Assembly (NCBI GenBank): GCA_017935225.1
Contig: JAGBIA010000043.1
Coordinates: forward strand, 1 to 53,743
Source: Clostridia bacterium
GTDB lineage: Bacteria > Bacillota > Clostridia > Oscillospirales > CAG-272
DNA length: 53,743 bases
Direction: 5' to 3'
In this document: positions 26,538 through 36,470 of the stretch, in pieces
Numbering within the stretch: the first letter of the stretch is position 1
Layout: each line of letters opens with the position of its first letter
The notes under the pieces: model-generated
Databases searched by the model: none
What the model was told of the DNA's origin: nothing
What the model saw: only the letters and a program-made list of their open reading frames with translations
Translations under genes and position numbers: made by a program

Positions 26538-27605
26538 TTAATTTTCAGTTGTATCGCTTTCTTTTTCATCCTCTCTTTTTTCAAGAGGCGTGAAATTATC
26601 TTTCGGAAGGCTCTTCTGCGTCGCAAGGGGATTGTGCTCCATAGCCTCTTCCATACTGCGATTGCTGACGTGGGTATAGATCTGCGTGGTGTTGAGCTGC
26701 TCGTGACCGAGTATATCCTTGAGCACTCGCACGTCGACCTCGCCCGTCTGGTACATAAGAGTAGCCGCGGTGTGTCTGAGCTTGTGCACCGAATAGTGCT
26801 TGGATTCAAGTCCCGCAAGCTCGAGATACTTATAGACCAGCCACTGTACCGTCTTGACGCTGATGCGCTGCTCACGGTTGCTAAGGAAGAGTGCCTTAGC
26901 CTCGGTCTGTGCGTGTTTTTCTCCAAGTCTCTCGGCATAGTAATCGGCAAGTGCCTGCTTGCAGGCAGAATTGAGATATACTATTCTTTGCTTATTGCCT
27001 TTACCCGTAACGGTAAGCGAGCGCAGATCGCGGTCAACGTCGTTGAGGTCGATACCGACAAGCTCGGAGACTCGCATTCCGCAGTTGAGGAATAGAGTTA
27101 TTATCGCATAATCACGCACTCTCGACTTTGACTCTTTGTCGTTCTTGACAGCCTCGAGCAGCATCAAACTTTCTTCCATGGACAAAAACTTCGGCAAAGC
27201 CTGCTTTCTCTTTGGCGTTTCGATATTGATCGCGGGATTATCGTCAAGCATCATTCGTTTTATGTGAAGATACTTGAAAAATCCCTTTATAGAGGAAAGC
27301 TTGCGCGACTTTGCCGCCGCCATATTTCCTCTCACACCGTCCGCGTAGAGTAGAAATTCATATATGTCCTCGGTGGTAATGTTCTTTATGTATTCAAGAT
27401 CAACGCCGCTGATGTCGATCTTCTCAAATTTCTCGCCCGACATATCTATATCCGCATCTCTCGCAAGGAGAAAACGGAAGAATGTGCGCAGATCGAGAAG
27501 ATATTCTGATATCGTCTTCTCGGATGCATTCTGCATAACAGCCTTGTAAGAGGCAAACTCGCGAACGAGCGGGGGAAGAGATTTTAGGGGCACTGCGTAT
27601 TTCAT
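26538..27605 (-). CDS. Tyrosine recombinase, Xer family
   Basis: Full catalytic set: GMRVSEL, GKGNKQR, HKLRH, LGH, TQIY; no mobile-element neighbours. Confidence 0.9.
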   Translation of the reverse strand: MKYAVPLKSLPPLVREFASYKAVMQNASEKTISEYLLDLRTFFRFLLARDADIDMSGEKFEKIDISGVDLEYIKNITTEDIYEFLLYADGVRGNMAAAKSRKLSSIKGFFKYLHIKRMMLDDNPAINIETPKRKQALPKFLSMEESLMLLEAVKNDKESKSRVRDYAIITLFLNCGMRVSELVGIDLNDVDRDLRSLTVTGKGNKQRIVYLNSACKQALADYYAERLGEKHAQTEAKALFLSNREQRISVKTVQWLVYKYLELAGLESKHYSVHKLRHTAATLMYQTGEVDVRVLKDILGHEQLNTTQIYTHVSNRSMEEAMEHNPLATQKSLPKDNFTPLEKREDEKESDTTEN

Positions 27606-27684
27606 AAACCCTCCGCAAATGTTAAAAGAATTGTTAATAAGATAAAGATTTATTGGATAAAATGTAAACTTTCATTAACTGCTA

Positions 27685-27713
27685 TTGAAAAAGCAGATGT
27701 TTTCAATTATAAT
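27685..27713 (+). promoter_or_regulatory. SigA-type promoter overlapping an inverted repeat
   Basis: TTGAAA-17 nt-TATAAT; attgaaaa-N8-ttttcaat at 27684-27707. Confidence 0.65.
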
Positions 27714-27759
27714 TGTACAGTAAGCACTGCTTACCGATCAACACGACCTTGGGGGAAAA

Positions 27760-28365
27760 ATGAAAAAGTTTTTTCACGATTATTCATACAATATAGTTAA
27801 GATGTTCGTCAACCAGTTCGCGATCTCGATCTTCGGAGTATCGCTCACATTCGCAACCGCGTCAGCTCACGGAGATTCGACCGGATTTGACACGCTGACA
27901 GTGGTAGTAAGTCTGCTTTCCGTGCTGTTCTATCTCTTCCTTATCTACACGCTCGCGTGGGAGATAGGGGCAAAGGATAAGATATCGGTCGATGTAGGCA
28001 AGAAGCCCTACCGTCCGCATCTCGGAATTCCGCTCTCGCTTTTTGCGAATATCCCGAATCTGATCGCCGCGCTCTTCTATCTTATAGCGACTATTGCAGG
28101 CTCTGAGGATATGATGTTCGTCGTCCGACTCGTTGCTACACTCATTCAGGGAATGTACTTTGGTCTTATCACCGCGGTCAGCCTGCCGATCGACGGAGTA
28201 GCCGTTCAGCTTAACGCACTTTGGCCCACATTCTTTATTATGGTGATTCCCGCGATGCTCACAAGCTGGCTTGCGTACTACCTCGGACACAAGAATATCC
28301 GTCTGTTTGCGTTTATTACCGATAAACCTAAGGAAAATAGTGACGCGCACAAGAACCAAAAATGA
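27760..28365 (+). CDS. Hypothetical integral membrane protein
   Basis: About five hydrophobic segments; promoter and G-rich RBS upstream. Confidence 0.75.
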   Translation: MKKFFHDYSYNIVKMFVNQFAISIFGVSLTFATASAHGDSTGFDTLTVVVSLLSVLFYLFLIYTLAWEIGAKDKISVDVGKKPYRPHLGIPLSLFANIPNLIAALFYLIATIAGSEDMMFVVRLVATLIQGMYFGLITAVSLPIDGVAVQLNALWPTFFIMVIPAMLTSWLAYYLGHKNIRLFAFITDKPKENSDAHKNQK

Positions 28366-28371
28366 TATTAC

Positions 28372-28395
28372 GACCTCGGAGATATCTCCGAGGTC
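28372..28395. terminator. Perfect 24-bp palindrome between convergent genes
   Basis: gacctcggagatatctccgaggtc followed by attttt. Confidence 0.7.
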
Positions 28396-28399
28396 ATTT

Positions 28400-29737
28400 T
28401 TATGAAAATTTATTCCAACCTACGCGTCCGACTCGCTTATGGCGCGTATTTTTTGCGTCTATCACAGGATAAACGGAAAGAAGGATCACGAATACAGTTG
28501 CCCCCACAATAAACGTCCTACCAAGCAGAAAGTCCTTTGCAAGCTCCATCGAATAAAGCACGAAGTTCGGCTCGATATCCTCAGCCGCCACAAGCTCAGC
28601 ACTTCCGACTAAGATATCACCACTATAGACATCAAGCACACCCACAACGCTGTCTTTAGCTATCGGCGCGCTCATATTCGCCTCGTGCAAATAGGGTACA
28701 AACTTCAGTGCGCCAAGATCCGTTCCGTAATCAACAAAAACGTAAAGATCCTCGGAAAGCACGCAGGGAAGCAGAGTGCTTTTTCCGTCAGAGACGGCGA
28801 GTGCGATCTCGGTGCTGATAAATTCTTCACCTGCATTTGCTATCTTGCGGTAGGAATATGAATTAAAAACGTGATCGAGCAAATAATTTGCTGTCGAGTA
28901 AGAATATATCTCGCTTTCGTCCGCCTCAGCTCCCATAATAAGACACAAATAAGCCTCACCGTTCTTCTCGGCATATGTAGCCAGCACGTATCCGCCGAGA
29001 TCGGTGCTGCCCGCGATAATTCCTTTTGCATATTTATTGGTATATCCGCTTGCCGAGAACTGACTCATAAGCGCGTTTCTATTGTAGACCGTCACACATG
29101 GCTCACCCTCGGGCGCGTACTCAAAATACTGAACGGCGGAGCAGGAAAGATAGATCTCGCTTGATGCCGCCTTGTGAACGAGCTTTGCGGTGTCCGAGAG
29201 GGTGGTATAAGCAGAGCTCGAGTCGTGACCTGTGGGATTGGTGTAATGCGTATTCAGCATATAAAGGTGGTCCGCGTAGAAATTCATATCATTGACGAAC
29301 TTCTCGATACTTCCTGCGCACGCGATGGCAAGAGACTGTGCCGCGTCGTTGTTACCGCAGAGAGTTCCGCGAAGAAGATCGCGGATCTTGAGCTTCATTC
29401 CGACACGCAATCCCATTGAAGCTCCGCTGATACCGTCAAGCATCTCAGTGCTGATCGTAACGTACTCGTCAAGCTTGTCCGAGTAAAGCTCGCAGGCAAC
29501 GATGCCTGCCATTATCTTTGCGCTTGAAGCAGGCGCGCGTTTGCTGTCTCCATCGCGTAGGAGAAGCACGCGGTCGCATTCGTAGCTATAGAGATAGACC
29601 GCACCTGCCGATCGGCTGACAGATAGCTCGGCTTCGTTTATATCCTTCACGCCGCTTACCGTCAAGGAGAAGGGAATCGCCAAGAGAATAAGAACAAGGC
29701 AAAAAGCAAAAAGCCTCTTAATCATTCTTGCTTTCAT
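28400..29737 (-). CDS. D-alanyl-D-alanine carboxypeptidase family S11 protein with degenerate motifs
   Basis: PASSAK (SxxK), NDAA, FVNDMN, YTNPTGHD; signal peptide and C-terminal membrane anchor. Confidence 0.82.
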   Translation of the reverse strand: MKARMIKRLFAFCLVLILLAIPFSLTVSGVKDINEAELSVSRSAGAVYLYSYECDRVLLLRDGDSKRAPASSAKIMAGIVACELYSDKLDEYVTISTEMLDGISGASMGLRVGMKLKIRDLLRGTLCGNNDAAQSLAIACAGSIEKFVNDMNFYADHLYMLNTHYTNPTGHDSSSAYTTLSDTAKLVHKAASSEIYLSCSAVQYFEYAPEGEPCVTVYNRNALMSQFSASGYTNKYAKGIIAGSTDLGGYVLATYAEKNGEAYLCLIMGAEADESEIYSYSTANYLLDHVFNSYSYRKIANAGEEFISTEIALAVSDGKSTLLPCVLSEDLYVFVDYGTDLGALKFVPYLHEANMSAPIAKDSVVGVLDVYSGDILVGSAELVAAEDIEPNFVLYSMELAKDFLLGRTFIVGATVFVILLSVYPVIDAKNTRHKRVGRVGWNKFS

Positions 29738-29978
29738 TTACAGATGCAAATCTGTTCTGAAGATAGTAATCGATAAGCAGCTGGAGCAGCTCGTCACGGT
29801 CGACCTGACGGATCAGACCTCTCGCGTTGTTGTGATCGGGCATGTAGAGCGGATCCTCGGAAAGAATATAGCCCGCAAGCTGTATGGAAGGGTCATAATT
29901 CTTCTCGAGCATAGCAACGTATACCTTTTCTACGGTGTCTTCAAGCTCCTCAAGAGTAAGTTTATTTTTTCCGTTCAT
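29718..29978 (-). CDS. IreB/ReoM (UPF0297) family protein
   Basis: VYVAMLEKNYDPSIQLAGYILSEDPLY, ARGLIRQVDRDELL; start ATG 29978 behind ggagg. Confidence 0.85.
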   Translation of the reverse strand: MNGKNKLTLEELEDTVEKVYVAMLEKNYDPSIQLAGYILSEDPLYMPDHNNARGLIRQVDRDELLQLLIDYYLQNRFASVNESKND

Positions 29979-30085
29979 ACGTCCCTCCGTATTTCTGCAT
30001 AATTCTCCACGTATAAGTATATCATTACCTACAAATTTATTCAATATATTTTTGTTAATTTTTTAAAATAATTTGCTACTACCAC

Positions 30086-30114
30086 TTGATTTTTATGGAA
30101 ATATGGTGTATAAT
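30086..30114 (+). promoter_or_regulatory. SigA-type promoter for fba
   Basis: TTGATT-17 nt-TATAAT. Confidence 0.6.
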
Positions 30115-30150
30115 AATCCGTGGAATAAAATTATAAGGAGATCAATAAAA

Positions 30151-31014
30151 ATGTTAGTTTCAGCAAAAGAAATGCTTCAGAAAGCAAAAGCAGGCAAGTA
30201 TGCAGTAGGTCAGTTCAATATCAACAACCTTGAGTGGACCAAGGCTATCCTTCAGACCGCTCAGGAGCTCAACTCTCCCGTTATTCTCGGCGTATCCGAG
30301 GGTGCAGGTAAGTACATGTGCGGCTACAAGACCGTCGTTGGTATGGTTAACGGAATGATCGACGAGCTCGGAATCACCGTTCCCGTTGCTCTCCACCTCG
30401 ACCACGGCTCTTACGAGGGCTGCTACAAGTGCGTCGAAGCAGGCTTTTCTTCCGTAATGTTCGACGGTTCTCACTATCCGATCGCTGAGAACGTAGCAAA
30501 GACCACCGAGCTCGTTAAGGTTTGTGCTGAGAAGGGTATGTCCCTTGAGGCAGAGGTTGGCGCTATCGGCGGCGAAGAGGACGGCGTTGTAGGTAGCGGT
30601 GAGTGCGCAGATCCCGCAGAGTGCAAGATGATCGCTGATCTCGGCGTTACCATGCTTGCAGCAGGTATCGGAAACATCCACGGCAAGTATCCTGCAAATT
30701 GGAAGGGACTTTCCTTCGAGACTCTCGATGCAGTTCAGCAGCAGACCGGTGATGTGCCCCTCGTTCTTCATGGCGGTACGGGTATTCCCGAGGATATGAT
30801 CAAGAAGGCAATCTCTCTCGGCGTTGCAAAGATCAACGTTAATACCGAGTGCCAGCTCGCTTTCGCAGCAGCTACCAGAGGCTACGTTGAGGCAGGCAAG
30901 GACCTTCAGGGTAAGGGCTTTGACCCCAGAAAGCTTCTCGCTCCCGGTGTTGAGGCTATCAAGGCTACCGTTAAGGAAAAGATGGAGCTCTTCGGCTCTG
31001 TTAACAAGGCGTAA
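30151..31014 (+). CDS. fba: Fructose-bisphosphate aldolase class II
   Basis: FNINNLEW, ALHLDHG, SVMFDGS, GNIHG, LVLHGGTG, KINVNTE; start ATG 30151. Confidence 0.96.
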   Translation: MLVSAKEMLQKAKAGKYAVGQFNINNLEWTKAILQTAQELNSPVILGVSEGAGKYMCGYKTVVGMVNGMIDELGITVPVALHLDHGSYEGCYKCVEAGFSSVMFDGSHYPIAENVAKTTELVKVCAEKGMSLEAEVGAIGGEEDGVVGSGECADPAECKMIADLGVTMLAAGIGNIHGKYPANWKGLSFETLDAVQQQTGDVPLVLHGGTGIPEDMIKKAISLGVAKINVNTECQLAFAAATRGYVEAGKDLQGKGFDPRKLLAPGVEAIKATVKEKMELFGSVNKA

Positions 31015-31030
31015 GCCGAGAATAATCAGA

Positions 31031-31063
31031 ACAAGGGTTGCGGCTTTATGCGGCAACCTTTGT
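31031..31063 (+). terminator. Terminator after fba
   Basis: acaagggttgc...gcaacctttgt stem-loop. Confidence 0.6.
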
Positions 31064-31108
31064 CATATGGTATTTTAATAATAATTCTATTAATCAGAGG
31101 TGATTTTT

Positions 31109-32305
31109 GTGACAAGAATTGATATTATTTCGGGATTTTTAGGTGCGGGCAAGACCACGCTCATCAACCGCCTTATCCACGAAGCATACAAGGGTGAAAA
31201 GATAGTTCTTATCGAGAACGAATTCGGCGAGATCGGCATCGACGGCGGATTCCTTAAAGATGCAGGAATTGAGATATCCGAGATGAACTCGGGATGCATC
31301 TGTTGCTCGCTCGTCGGAGACTTCAGCGAGGCTCTCAAGAAGGTCATTGAGGAGTATTCTCCCGACCGTATCCTCATCGAGCCCTCGGGCGTTGGTAAGC
31401 TTTCTGACGTTACTAAAGCTGTGCTTGCGGCAGAGCTTGAGAATGCCGAGATCAACAGCTCGGTTGCCGTCGTTGACGTAAACAAGTGCAAAATGTATAT
31501 GAAGAACTTCGGTGAATTCTTCGGTGACCAGATAGAAAATGCAGGTTGCGTGCTCTTCAGTCACACCGACAAGACCACCGACGCAAAGCTTGAGGAGGCT
31601 CTCGCTCTCGTGAGAGAGAAGAATGCCGATGCGGTGATCATTACCACTCCTGCGGATAAGCTCTCGATCGACTCGCTTATCAGCGCTCTCGAGCAGAAGT
31701 CCACACTCAAGGCTCATGTTGAGGCATTGATAGAGAAGGATGCTTGCCCCGTTTGCGGACATCATCACGATCATCACGAGCACCATCATCACGACCACGA
31801 TGAAGAGCACGAACACGAGCACCATCATCACGACCACGATGAAGATTGCGATTGCGTATGCCACGAGCATCACCATCATCATGATCACGACGAAGAGTGC
31901 GAGCATCACCATCATCACGATCACGATGAGGATCACGAGCACGAACACCACCACGAGCACGGTGAGGACTGCGAGTGCGGATGCCACGGTCATCATCACG
32001 ACCACGATCATCACCATCACCACGCAGACGACGTATTCACGAGTTGGGGCGGAGAGACCGTCAAAAAGTTCTCAAAGCAGGAGATCTCTGATATCCTTGA
32101 AGCTCTTGAGGACAGCGACAAATATGGAATGATCCTTCGCGCGAAGGGCATGGTAGAGTGCCCCTGCGGCAAGTGGATATACTTTGACTACGTTCCCGGT
32201 GAGCCCGACGTAAGAGAGGGAAGCCCCGAGGCGATCGGCAAGCTCTGCGTTATCGGCTCTAAGATCAATGAAGATGCCATTTCGGCATTGTTTGGAGTAA
32301 AGTAA
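31109..32305 (+). CDS. COG0523/CobW-family GTPase metallochaperone with long His/Cys-rich insert
   Basis: GFLGAGKTT, ENEFGE, GCICC, EPSGV, C-terminal LRAKG; start GTG 31109 behind gaggtg. Confidence 0.9.
   Translation: MTRIDIISGFLGAGKTTLINRLIHEAYKGEKIVLIENEFGEIGIDGGFLKDAGIEISEMNSGCICCSLVGDFSEALKKVIEEYSPDRILIEPSGVGKLSDVTKAVLAAELENAEINSSVAVVDVNKCKMYMKNFGEFFGDQIENAGCVLFSHTDKTTDAKLEEALALVREKNADAVIITTPADKLSIDSLISALEQKSTLKAHVEALIEKDACPVCGHHHDHHEHHHHDHDEEHEHEHHHHDHDEDCDCVCHEHHHHHDHDEECEHHHHHDHDEDHEHEHHHEHGEDCECGCHGHHHDHDHHHHHADDVFTSWGGETVKKFSKQEISDILEALEDSDKYGMILRAKGMVECPCGKWIYFDYVPGEPDVREGSPEAIGKLCVIGSKINEDAISALFGVK
31745..32023 (+). repeat. Low-complexity His/Asp/Glu coding repeat
   Basis: Repeated E-H4/5-DHD-E units; identical 32-bp copies at 31775 and 31814. 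Confidence 0.85.
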
Positions 32306-33246
32306 TGAAAATTCCGGTTTATCTTTTCACGGGCTTTTTGGAGGGTGGCAAGACTACCATAATTCAGGAATCCCTTAACGATCAGAATTTCAACAGCGGC
32401 GAGAAAACGCTCATCCTTCTTTGCGAAGAAGGAATTGAGGAGCTTGACCCTTCGAAGTTCTGGGGACAGAATGTAACTATCGAGGTCATCGACTCTGAGG
32501 ATATGATAACCGAGGAAAAACTCCTTTCTTATACCAAGGGAAGAAAGCTTGACCGCATTATCATAGAATACAACGGAATGTGGCTCTTGCAGACGCTCTA
32601 CGATAATTTCCCTGAAAATTGGGGAATTTATCAGAATATGATGTTTGCCGATGCAAATACCTTCATATCCTACAACAACAATATGCGCCAGCTCGTATAC
32701 GATAAGGTCAAGGATGCCGAGATGGTGGTTCTCAACCGCACCTCGAGCAACATCGATAAGGAAGAGATACACAAGATCATCCGCGGTATCTCGCGCCGCG
32801 CGGCAATAGTCTACGATTATCCCGACGGTCACGTTGAATACGACGAGATCGAAGATCCGTTGCCCTTTAATCTTGATGCCGACGTTATCGAGATTGAGGA
32901 CGAAGATTACGCACTCTGGTACAGAGATATGTCCGAGGAGCTTGCAAAATACGACGGAAAGTGCATCAAGTTCAAGGGAATTATCGCGAATGACCCGAGA
33001 CTTGCAAAGAATTCTACGATTATCGGCAGACACGTTATGACCTGTTGCGTTGATGATATTCAGTACAGCGGAATGATCTGCGTGTTCAAGAACGAGGTCA
33101 AGCTCAAGACTCGCGATTGGGTCACGGTAAAGGGAACACTCAAGATCGAGCCTCACAAACTCTATCGCAACAAAGGACCGGTGCTCTACGTAGAGTCTAC
33201 CGAGTTTGCAGTACCTCCCAAGCAAGAAGTAGCAACATTTTATTGA
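32305..33246 (+). CDS. CobW-like P-loop domain fused to a DUF1980/TIGR03943-like C-terminal domain
   Basis: GFLEGGKTT, IIEYNGMW, GRHVMTCCVDD, WVTVKG; TAATG coupling to the upstream gene. Confidence 0.75.
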   Translation: MKIPVYLFTGFLEGGKTTIIQESLNDQNFNSGEKTLILLCEEGIEELDPSKFWGQNVTIEVIDSEDMITEEKLLSYTKGRKLDRIIIEYNGMWLLQTLYDNFPENWGIYQNMMFADANTFISYNNNMRQLVYDKVKDAEMVVLNRTSSNIDKEEIHKIIRGISRRAAIVYDYPDGHVEYDEIEDPLPFNLDADVIEIEDEDYALWYRDMSEELAKYDGKCIKFKGIIANDPRLAKNSTIIGRHVMTCCVDDIQYSGMICVFKNEVKLKTRDWVTVKGTLKIEPHKLYRNKGPVLYVESTEFAVPPKQEVATFY

Positions 33247-33261
33247 TCAGGAGATATTCTT

Positions 33262-33867
33262 ATGATAGGAACCTGCGGCAAGTGCGGAAATCACAAATGG
33301 GACAAGATCGTCAAGGACGGTCGTGTCATATGTCCAGAATGTAATCATTCCTGGAATTATGTCTCGCTTCCGCTCTTTATTCTCAGCGGTTGCAGCGGAG
33401 TCGGCAAGACTACTACGGGAATAGAGTTGCTACAAAAGCAGAATGACGTGGTAGTGCTTGATTCCGATATCTTTTGCGGCGTGCAGAACGCATCGAGCGA
33501 AGAGGATCACCGCAAGAGAGTGGATACACTCGAGGCTCTTTCACGCAATATTTCGCAGAGCGGAAAGCCTGTTCTGTGGACGATGGCAGGAAACCTCGAT
33601 ATGATCCCGAGATCCTATAATACCCGATTCTTCAGCGACATCTATTGCCTCGTTCTGACAGTCGATGACGATGCACTGCGCGATCGAATGACAAACGGCA
33701 GGGGAATTACAGACAGCGGTTGGATTGAGGGCTCTGTTGGCTATAATCGGTATCTGAGAACGCACAACACGCTCGGCGAGCTTTCCTATGAAACGCTTGA
33801 CATAACAAATAAAACGCCTGCAGAGGTTGCAGACGAAGTTATTTCTTGGTTTAATAGATACCTATAA
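33262..33867 (+). CDS. P-loop nucleoside/nucleotide kinase-like protein with N-terminal zinc ribbon
   Basis: CGKC...CPEC, then GCSGVGKTT and VLDSD. Confidence 0.7.
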   Translation: MIGTCGKCGNHKWDKIVKDGRVICPECNHSWNYVSLPLFILSGCSGVGKTTTGIELLQKQNDVVVLDSDIFCGVQNASSEEDHRKRVDTLEALSRNISQSGKPVLWTMAGNLDMIPRSYNTRFFSDIYCLVLTVDDDALRDRMTNGRGITDSGWIEGSVGYNRYLRTHNTLGELSYETLDITNKTPAEVADEVISWFNRYL

Positions 33868-33894
33868 TATACGCGCTTAGAGCGAGGATACGTA

Positions 33895-34398
33895 ATGAGC
33901 AGATTGATTATTTTAAGAGGCAATTCGGGAAGTGGAAAAACATCCGTTGCCAAGGCGTTACAACAAAAATTTGGTTCCGGAACTATGCTTATTTCCCACG
34001 ATGTAGTTCGTATGGAATTTTTAAATGTTCGTGGTGCAGAGGGAATTGTAAAATCCGAAAAATTGATGATCAACTTGCTAAAATACGGTAAGGATAACTC
34101 CAAGATAACTATTATAGAAGGTATTCTCCCATCCAACGATTATGAAAAACTATTCAATGTGGCTCGCAGTGAATTCGGTGAAAATATTTTTGCTTACTAT
34201 TATGACTTACCCTTTGAGGAAACTTTAATTAGACATTACACAAAATCTAATTGTAACGACTTTGGTGAAGCTGAAATGAAACGTTGGTGGAAGGACAAAG
34301 ACTATTTAGCAACAATTTCCGAAGTAACCCTCGACAAAAATTTGAGCTTAGAAGATGCTATTGAACTAATTTATAGGCAAGTATCCGCAAACGAATAA
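33895..34398 (+). CDS. Small P-loop kinase-like protein (AT-rich gene)
   Basis: ILRGNSGSGKT, ISHDVVR, IIEGIL, LPFEETLIRH. Confidence 0.75.
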   Translation: MSRLIILRGNSGSGKTSVAKALQQKFGSGTMLISHDVVRMEFLNVRGAEGIVKSEKLMINLLKYGKDNSKITIIEGILPSNDYEKLFNVARSEFGENIFAYYYDLPFEETLIRHYTKSNCNDFGEAEMKRWWKDKDYLATISEVTLDKNLSLEDAIELIYRQVSANE

Positions 34399-34415
34399 AT
34401 ATTTTCTATAACAAA

Positions 34416-34449
34416 GAAAAGCCAAGCTGAATTACAGCCTGGCTTTTTT
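34416..34449. terminator. Bidirectional terminator
   Basis: aaaagccaagctg-aatta-cagcctggcttttt between convergent genes. Confidence 0.75.
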
Positions 34450-34459
34450 GTATGATAAT

Positions 34460-35794
34460 TTATTGTAACACTCCGCTGATCTTAGGAGTACTGTCCATCA
34501 ATACAAGCTCTTTGGTTACGTATTTAGGCTCGGCCTTCTCGGTGACGCACTCGGGAGTTATGATAAGCTCCTCGACATCGGTACGAGAGGGAATTGAATA
34601 CATAAGCGGCATCATCAGATTTTCCATAATGGAACGAAGTCCTCGAGCACCTGTGTTGCGTTCAATAGCAAGCGATGCGATCGCTTCAAGTGCTCCGTCC
34701 TCGAGCGTGAGCTTCACGCCGTCCATCTCGAAGAGCTTTTCGTACTGCTTTGTGATCGAATTCTTAGGCTCACGCAAGATCTTTACGAGCGCGTCCTTGT
34801 CAAGATCGTCAAGAGTTACGATAGCGGGAATTCTGCCGACAAGCTCGGGAATAAGACCGAATTTTACGATATCATGAGGAAGAACGTCCTTGAAAATGCC
34901 CTTAGCCTTTCTCTCGGCCTTCTTCTTGATCTCACTCGAAAATCCTATCGTCTGGTTGCCCTGACGCTTCTCGATAAGCTTATCAAGTCCGTCAAACGCA
35001 CCGCCGCAGATAAAGAGAATATTCTCTGTGTTTATCTGGATGAACTCCTGATTGGGATGCTTACGTCCGCCCTGAGGAGGAACGTTTGCAACCGTACCTT
35101 CAAGTATCTTGAGAAGTGCCTGCTGAACACCCTCACCCGAGACGTCTCGGGTTATCGAGCGATTTTCGCTCTTTCGTGCGATCTTATCGATCTCATCAAT
35201 ATAGATGATACCTTTTTCAGCGAGCTCGATGTCATAATCAGCCGCTTGGATAAGTCGTAGGAGAATGTTCTCAACATCCTCACCAACGTATCCCGCTTCA
35301 GTCAAAGTGGTTGCGTCAGCGATAGCAAAGGGAACCTTGAGCGCCTTTGCGAGCGTCTGTGCGAGATAAGTCTTGCCGACACCCGTAGGTCCGATCAAGA
35401 GAACGTTGCTCTTCTGAATATCAACGTGTGTATCAACGAGGTCAGCGCCCTTGCGCTTTGCTTCCTCTTTTTCGTTTCTGTAAAGAATACGCTTATAGTG
35501 ATTGTAAACTGCTACCGAAAGAGCGACCTTTGCGTCGTCCTGACCGATAACGTACTCATCAAGCATCTGCTTGATCTGTGCGGGCTTGGAGAGAGTATCA
35601 AACGAAAGATCACCCATTCCGCTCTCGGCTACCGAGTTCTCATAAATGAGCTGCTGGCACGCATCCACGCAAAAATCGCAGATATACGCGCCGGTAGGAG
35701 AGGGAATAAGGAAATTCACCTGATTTTCTCTTCTGCCACAGAACGAACAGAAGCGAGCGCCTGCCGAACCCGATTTAGAATTATTTGAAGCCAT
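34460..35794 (-). CDS. clpX: ATP-dependent Clp protease ATP-binding subunit
   Basis: CSFC/CDFC zinc finger, [27 protein letters not shown] loop. Confidence 0.97.
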   Translation of the reverse strand: MASNNSKSGSAGARFCSFCGRRENQVNFLIPSPTGAYICDFCVDACQQLIYENSVAESGMGDLSFDTLSKPAQIKQMLDEYVIGQDDAKVALSVAVYNHYKRILYRNEKEEAKRKGADLVDTHVDIQKSNVLLIGPTGVGKTYLAQTLAKALKVPFAIADATTLTEAGYVGEDVENILLRLIQAADYDIELAEKGIIYIDEIDKIARKSENRSITRDVSGEGVQQALLKILEGTVANVPPQGGRKHPNQEFIQINTENILFICGGAFDGLDKLIEKRQGNQTIGFSSEIKKKAERKAKGIFKDVLPHDIVKFGLIPELVGRIPAIVTLDDLDKDALVKILREPKNSITKQYEKLFEMDGVKLTLEDGALEAIASLAIERNTGARGLRSIMENLMMPLMYSIPSRTDVEELIITPECVTEKAEPKYVTKELVLMDSTPKISGVLQ

Positions 35795-35814
35795 CTTTTA
35801 TCCTTTCAACCGTC

Positions 35815-36426
35815 TCACGCTCTTTTAGCAAATATCTTATCGATAAGTCCGTATTCGAGCGCCTGCTGTGCTGTCATAAAGTTATCACGCTCGGTATCGC
35901 GCGCGATCTCTTCGATGGAACGACCTGTATTCTCTGCGAGAATTCTGTTAAGGTTGTCTCTCGTACGCAAAATGAGGTCTGCCTGGATCTTGATGTCTGT
36001 AGCCTGACCCTTTGCACCGCCGAGAGGCTGGTGGATCATTATCTCACTGTTGGGAAGAGCAATTCTCTTGCCCTTTGCACCTGCGGAAAGCAGAAACGCG
36101 CCCATACTTGCCGCCATACCGATGCAGATAGTGGAAACATCACACTTAACGTAATTCATCGTATCGTAGATAGCCATTCCCGCAGTAACAGAACCGCCGG
36201 GGCTGTTGATATAAAAGCTGATGTCCTTATCGGGATCCTGAGCTTCGAGAAAGAGAAGCTGTGCAACAACCAAAGAGGCGGTGGTGTCGTTTACTTCATC
36301 CGACAAAAAGATAATTCTGTCGTTGAGCAAGCGAGAGAAAATGTCATAAGAGCGCTCTCCCTTTCCTGTCTGCTCGACCACCATGGGAACGAGTGCGTTG
36401 TACATCTTGTTTTCATAATCAAACAT
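35815..36426 (-). CDS. clpP: Clp protease proteolytic subunit
   Basis: [32 protein letters not shown]. Confidence 0.97.
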   Translation of the reverse strand: MFDYENKMYNALVPMVVEQTGKGERSYDIFSRLLNDRIIFLSDEVNDTTASLVVAQLLFLEAQDPDKDISFYINSPGGSVTAGMAIYDTMNYVKCDVSTICIGMAASMGAFLLSAGAKGKRIALPNSEIMIHQPLGGAKGQATDIKIQADLILRTRDNLNRILAENTGRSIEEIARDTERDNFMTAQQALEYGLIDKIFAKRA

Positions 36427-36470
36427 TATAAATTACCTCCAATTACAGTTGTGCGATTTAGAGTAGGGAA

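Noticed and set aside
26538-27605. Recombinase as a prophage or ICE integrase
   Set aside because: Neighbours are core genes; no att repeats, tRNA, excisionase or cargo; composition matches the host.
31139-32132. Val/Met-rich and Thr/Ile-rich ORFs over the His tract
   Set aside because: Alternative-frame artefacts of the CAY/GAY repeat.
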